Assembly (NCBI GenBank): GCA_964016885.1
Contig: OZ024755.1
Location: forward strand, 8,184,001 to 8,248,000
DNA length: 64,000 bases
Source of the DNA: Eledone cirrhosa
Taxonomy: Eukaryota
Direction of reading: 5' to 3'
Shown: one piece after another, positions 61,064-64,000 of the stretch
Position numbering within the stretch: the first letter of the stretch is position 1
Layout: every line of letters begins with the position of its first letter
Notes under the pieces: generated by a model
The model's input: the letters and a program-made list of their open reading frames with translations, nothing else
Database searches by the model: none
What the model was told of the DNA's origin: nothing
Program-made: the position numbers and the translations under genes

Positions 61064-61130
<67 letters not shown>

Positions 61131-61135
61131 ATGGA

Positions 61136-61200
61136 GTGTAACGCGCGTCACCTACCAATAAATGTAATGAAGGAGTAACCAATCGTCCTTGTTATCTTTT

Positions 61201-61203
<3 letters not shown>
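61136..61203 (+). mobile_element. Family C 3' fragment
   Basis: acgcgcgtcacctaccaataaatgtaatgaaggagtaaccaatcgtccttgttatcttttca is near-identical to 23425-23486. Confidence 0.6.
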
Positions 61204-61240
<37 letters not shown>

Positions 61241-61243
<3 letters not shown>

Positions 61244-61420
61244 CTACCGGTCTAGAACTGTTTCATTCGGGAGGAATCATCAGAAAGGGCTTTTCTGATG
61301 ATTTCTCCGGAATGAAACAGTTCTAGTCCCGTAGAAGCCATTTCTATATTACATATTTATACTCTGCTATGTATTGAGTACCTTTCTTACTGAGGTTACC
61401 CCCGATTGAACCCGGGATAA
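61241..61420. mobile_element. Short (TA)n-embedded element with inverted repeat and atypical hammerhead-like motif
   Basis: Arms at 61252-61287 and 61291-61326. CTGATGA at 61295, GAAAC at 61314, GTA-gaagcc at 61331. Confidence 0.55.
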
Positions 61421-61422
61421 AT

Positions 61423-61466
<44 letters not shown>

Positions 61467-64000
61467 GTGTATATATATATATATATATAAAAATGCATAC
61501 ATACATACATTTATACTTACATACCTATATAGTCAAGAAATCTCAGGCGGTTAATCAATAATCAATTTTCACTGTGTCCATTAGAAATATTTGATATTTA
61601 ATATTTTATTGCAATTTTTCGTCTTCTAAATTTTTCCATAGTAAAGCTACGAACAGGATTACGACAACGGACGAAATTATTGTTTTATATATTATTTTAA
61701 ATTTTAATATATTTGAAATTAGTTTGTTATGCATTTCCTTTACTCTTCTTTAAAGAGTCGATAACGAGTCTGTTGAAGACAAATATAATATAATCTACGT
61801 TTTAGAACCCCCCTCCTAAAATAACGTAATCGTGCGACTAAAACTAACGGAAGTCATTAGAGTATAAAAGATTGCTATGTATCAACTAATTACAGTGAAT
61901 CTATGATTATCATCTCTTTTCAACCAAACTTCTAATTTAAAAGTAATGGCTAGTGAAATGAAAATTTATTATGTTTTTTTTTTCTTTATTAATATCTTTT
62001 ATGTTTTAAGTTTTCTTTGGTTTTGATTTTAATATTTGTCTTGGCGATTTACTTCGCAAGTTAGCGGGAAATGTAAATTTTCTCATTAATGTTACGATGA
62101 ATTTAATAATTACATTATATTGAATTTTAAATGTTGTCTTAACCTAAATCGCGAACATTTAGGACAAGTTTATATGTAAATACTGCTTTTACATTACGTT
62201 CTATTATTTTTGATTTTGTAGAACATGAATAATTTGCATTATGTTTTCAAAATGTCTGACAGTAGCCTTTCTCTTATTGTCCTTGATATTGATTTATTTC
62301 AACTAATCATATGCATGTTTTTATTAATGTTTATCTTTCGTTATGTGTCAAGGTGAGTGGCTTAGGAGTTAGAGTGCTGGACTTGCCACCATCAGGTTGA
62401 TAACCTTAATTCACAGACCGAGCCAAGCATTTCATTTTCACTTTATTCCAGTACACTGAGATTGAAAATCGGTTCCAGTGGCAGTTTCAATAAAGACTAC
62501 GATGGACTGGTACACACAACAATATATATATATATAACAAAGAAAGTGTGGTAAGATACCTGGTGGGCCATAACGCACCAGAGTACTCGATATTTAGGGT
62601 AGTAGTGTGGGTAACAGGAAATATATATAGTTCAAATAAACAACAAACAGAGGTACAAAAAGTCTTATTAGTTTCACGCTTTATATGGAAAATAGGAAAA
62701 AAGTCATATATCTATATATATATATATAACTGACAAAAGAGACAATCACAGCCCAGATGGTTAACAACTATAAGAGCTGGAGAGTTATAATCACCCACAC
62801 CGATTGATCGTATATCTGGGCTACAAATATACGAATTTAGTTATGTTTTCGCTGTTATTTTCTTTCCATTATTCCCTTGCTTTACTTGTTGCTTTTAACA
62901 ATAGTGTCTGATGCATCAGATGTCCATACTCCCACTCACAGATCTTCACTTTATTTTAGATTCTATTCCATAGCTACTGAGTTCTTGCTTGGGCTGTAGG
63001 CGAACTATTTGTTTTCTTCAAAGAACTGTTGTCGCTTTTGAAAACCAACGGATCCTTTGTTTAAAGCAGTCTTGTTTTTAGAATTATTTCTTCTTTTATT
63101 ATTTTGTATTTTCTAGAGTATTTATCTGTTTCACTTTTCGTGTGTGTACTTTCCGTGTCGATTGTATACTATGTTTTATTTTCTCATCTATAATGTTCTA
63201 TCTTTTTACACGTTATTTGTTCATGTTTGAAATGTTTTAAGGAAGTATTCAGTTTCTTCTAAGACCAGAGCAGCTGCCAATTATATAAGTTGTATTATCT
63301 TATTGATATTTATATTCAAGTTGGATACAGACATGACTGAATGTTTAAGAGGTTCGCTTCGCAACTAACAGCTTACTTATTTGTTCTAACTATGTGGCGT
63401 CTGGGAAAACTGTTTTTACTATAGTCTTATGTGTTAAATCATCGTATAGTGAATGAAACGATGGACTAGTGAGTGAAATTAGGTTAACAGAAATTTAACA
63501 GAAATACGTCAGATAGATTGCACCTGTAATTAAAATATCTAGCCTTGTTACATCTTGAGTAATCTTTATTATATCTGAGAATTATTGCGTTATAGGTACA
63601 CGTACCGATGGAGCACTCGTCCTCTTATGCACAAATTCACGGCAATCGAATATTCATCGCCGTGAAGAAGCTGTTCATATATTGCTCAAATTACATGTAT
63701 TAAAAATATAATAATATTAATAGAGATAGCGGGACGCGTGGAAAGTTCCACAGAATGAAACTAATTTAGAGGAGCTATTTAAGAAAGAAAGGATGATTTG
63801 CATTTTATTGCATATGAATCCTATTGTCTCGTGTGCAATAAATGATACAAAAATATACAACAACAATCTATACAATATTTAATATACATATCATTCGTTA
63901 GTATTTAATTCTGTCGAAACTGCAAGATCAATATATAATTACATATTCCTTATTATCCAATATTTTATCATAATTACGTTATATACAATTTCTGTTTTTA

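Overview
Very AT-rich, repeat-dominated eukaryotic DNA that looks intergenic or intronic. The SINE families and the kilobase-scale (TA)n tracts resemble an octopus (coleoid cephalopod) genome; this is inferred, not confirmed by any search. I cannot support any intact protein-coding gene. The long ORFs in the track are YI/CV/HT translations of microsatellites. The window holds: (1) about 15 recognisable copies of a tRNA-derived SINE in long and short subtypes, several stacked in tandem with 14-17 bp target-site duplications; (2) two further SINE families; (3) decayed mariner, RTE and CRE-like transposon coding fragments; (4) a ~1.4 kb tandem duplication; (5) many short non-coding elements embedded in (TA)n tracts. 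The last group is the most interesting. These elements have palindromic or 5'-inverted structures and carry type I hammerhead ribozyme folds, as expected for Penelope-like pseudo-LTRs or retrozyme-like elements. Two hammerheads have canonical cores (22583-22653 minus, 56996-57047 plus). One is a U3-A8 covariant (60836-60873 minus). One multi-copy family has a full three-stem fold around an atypical CAGAAGA core (37148-37202 and three other copies). All folds were paired by eye and none has been tested for activity.
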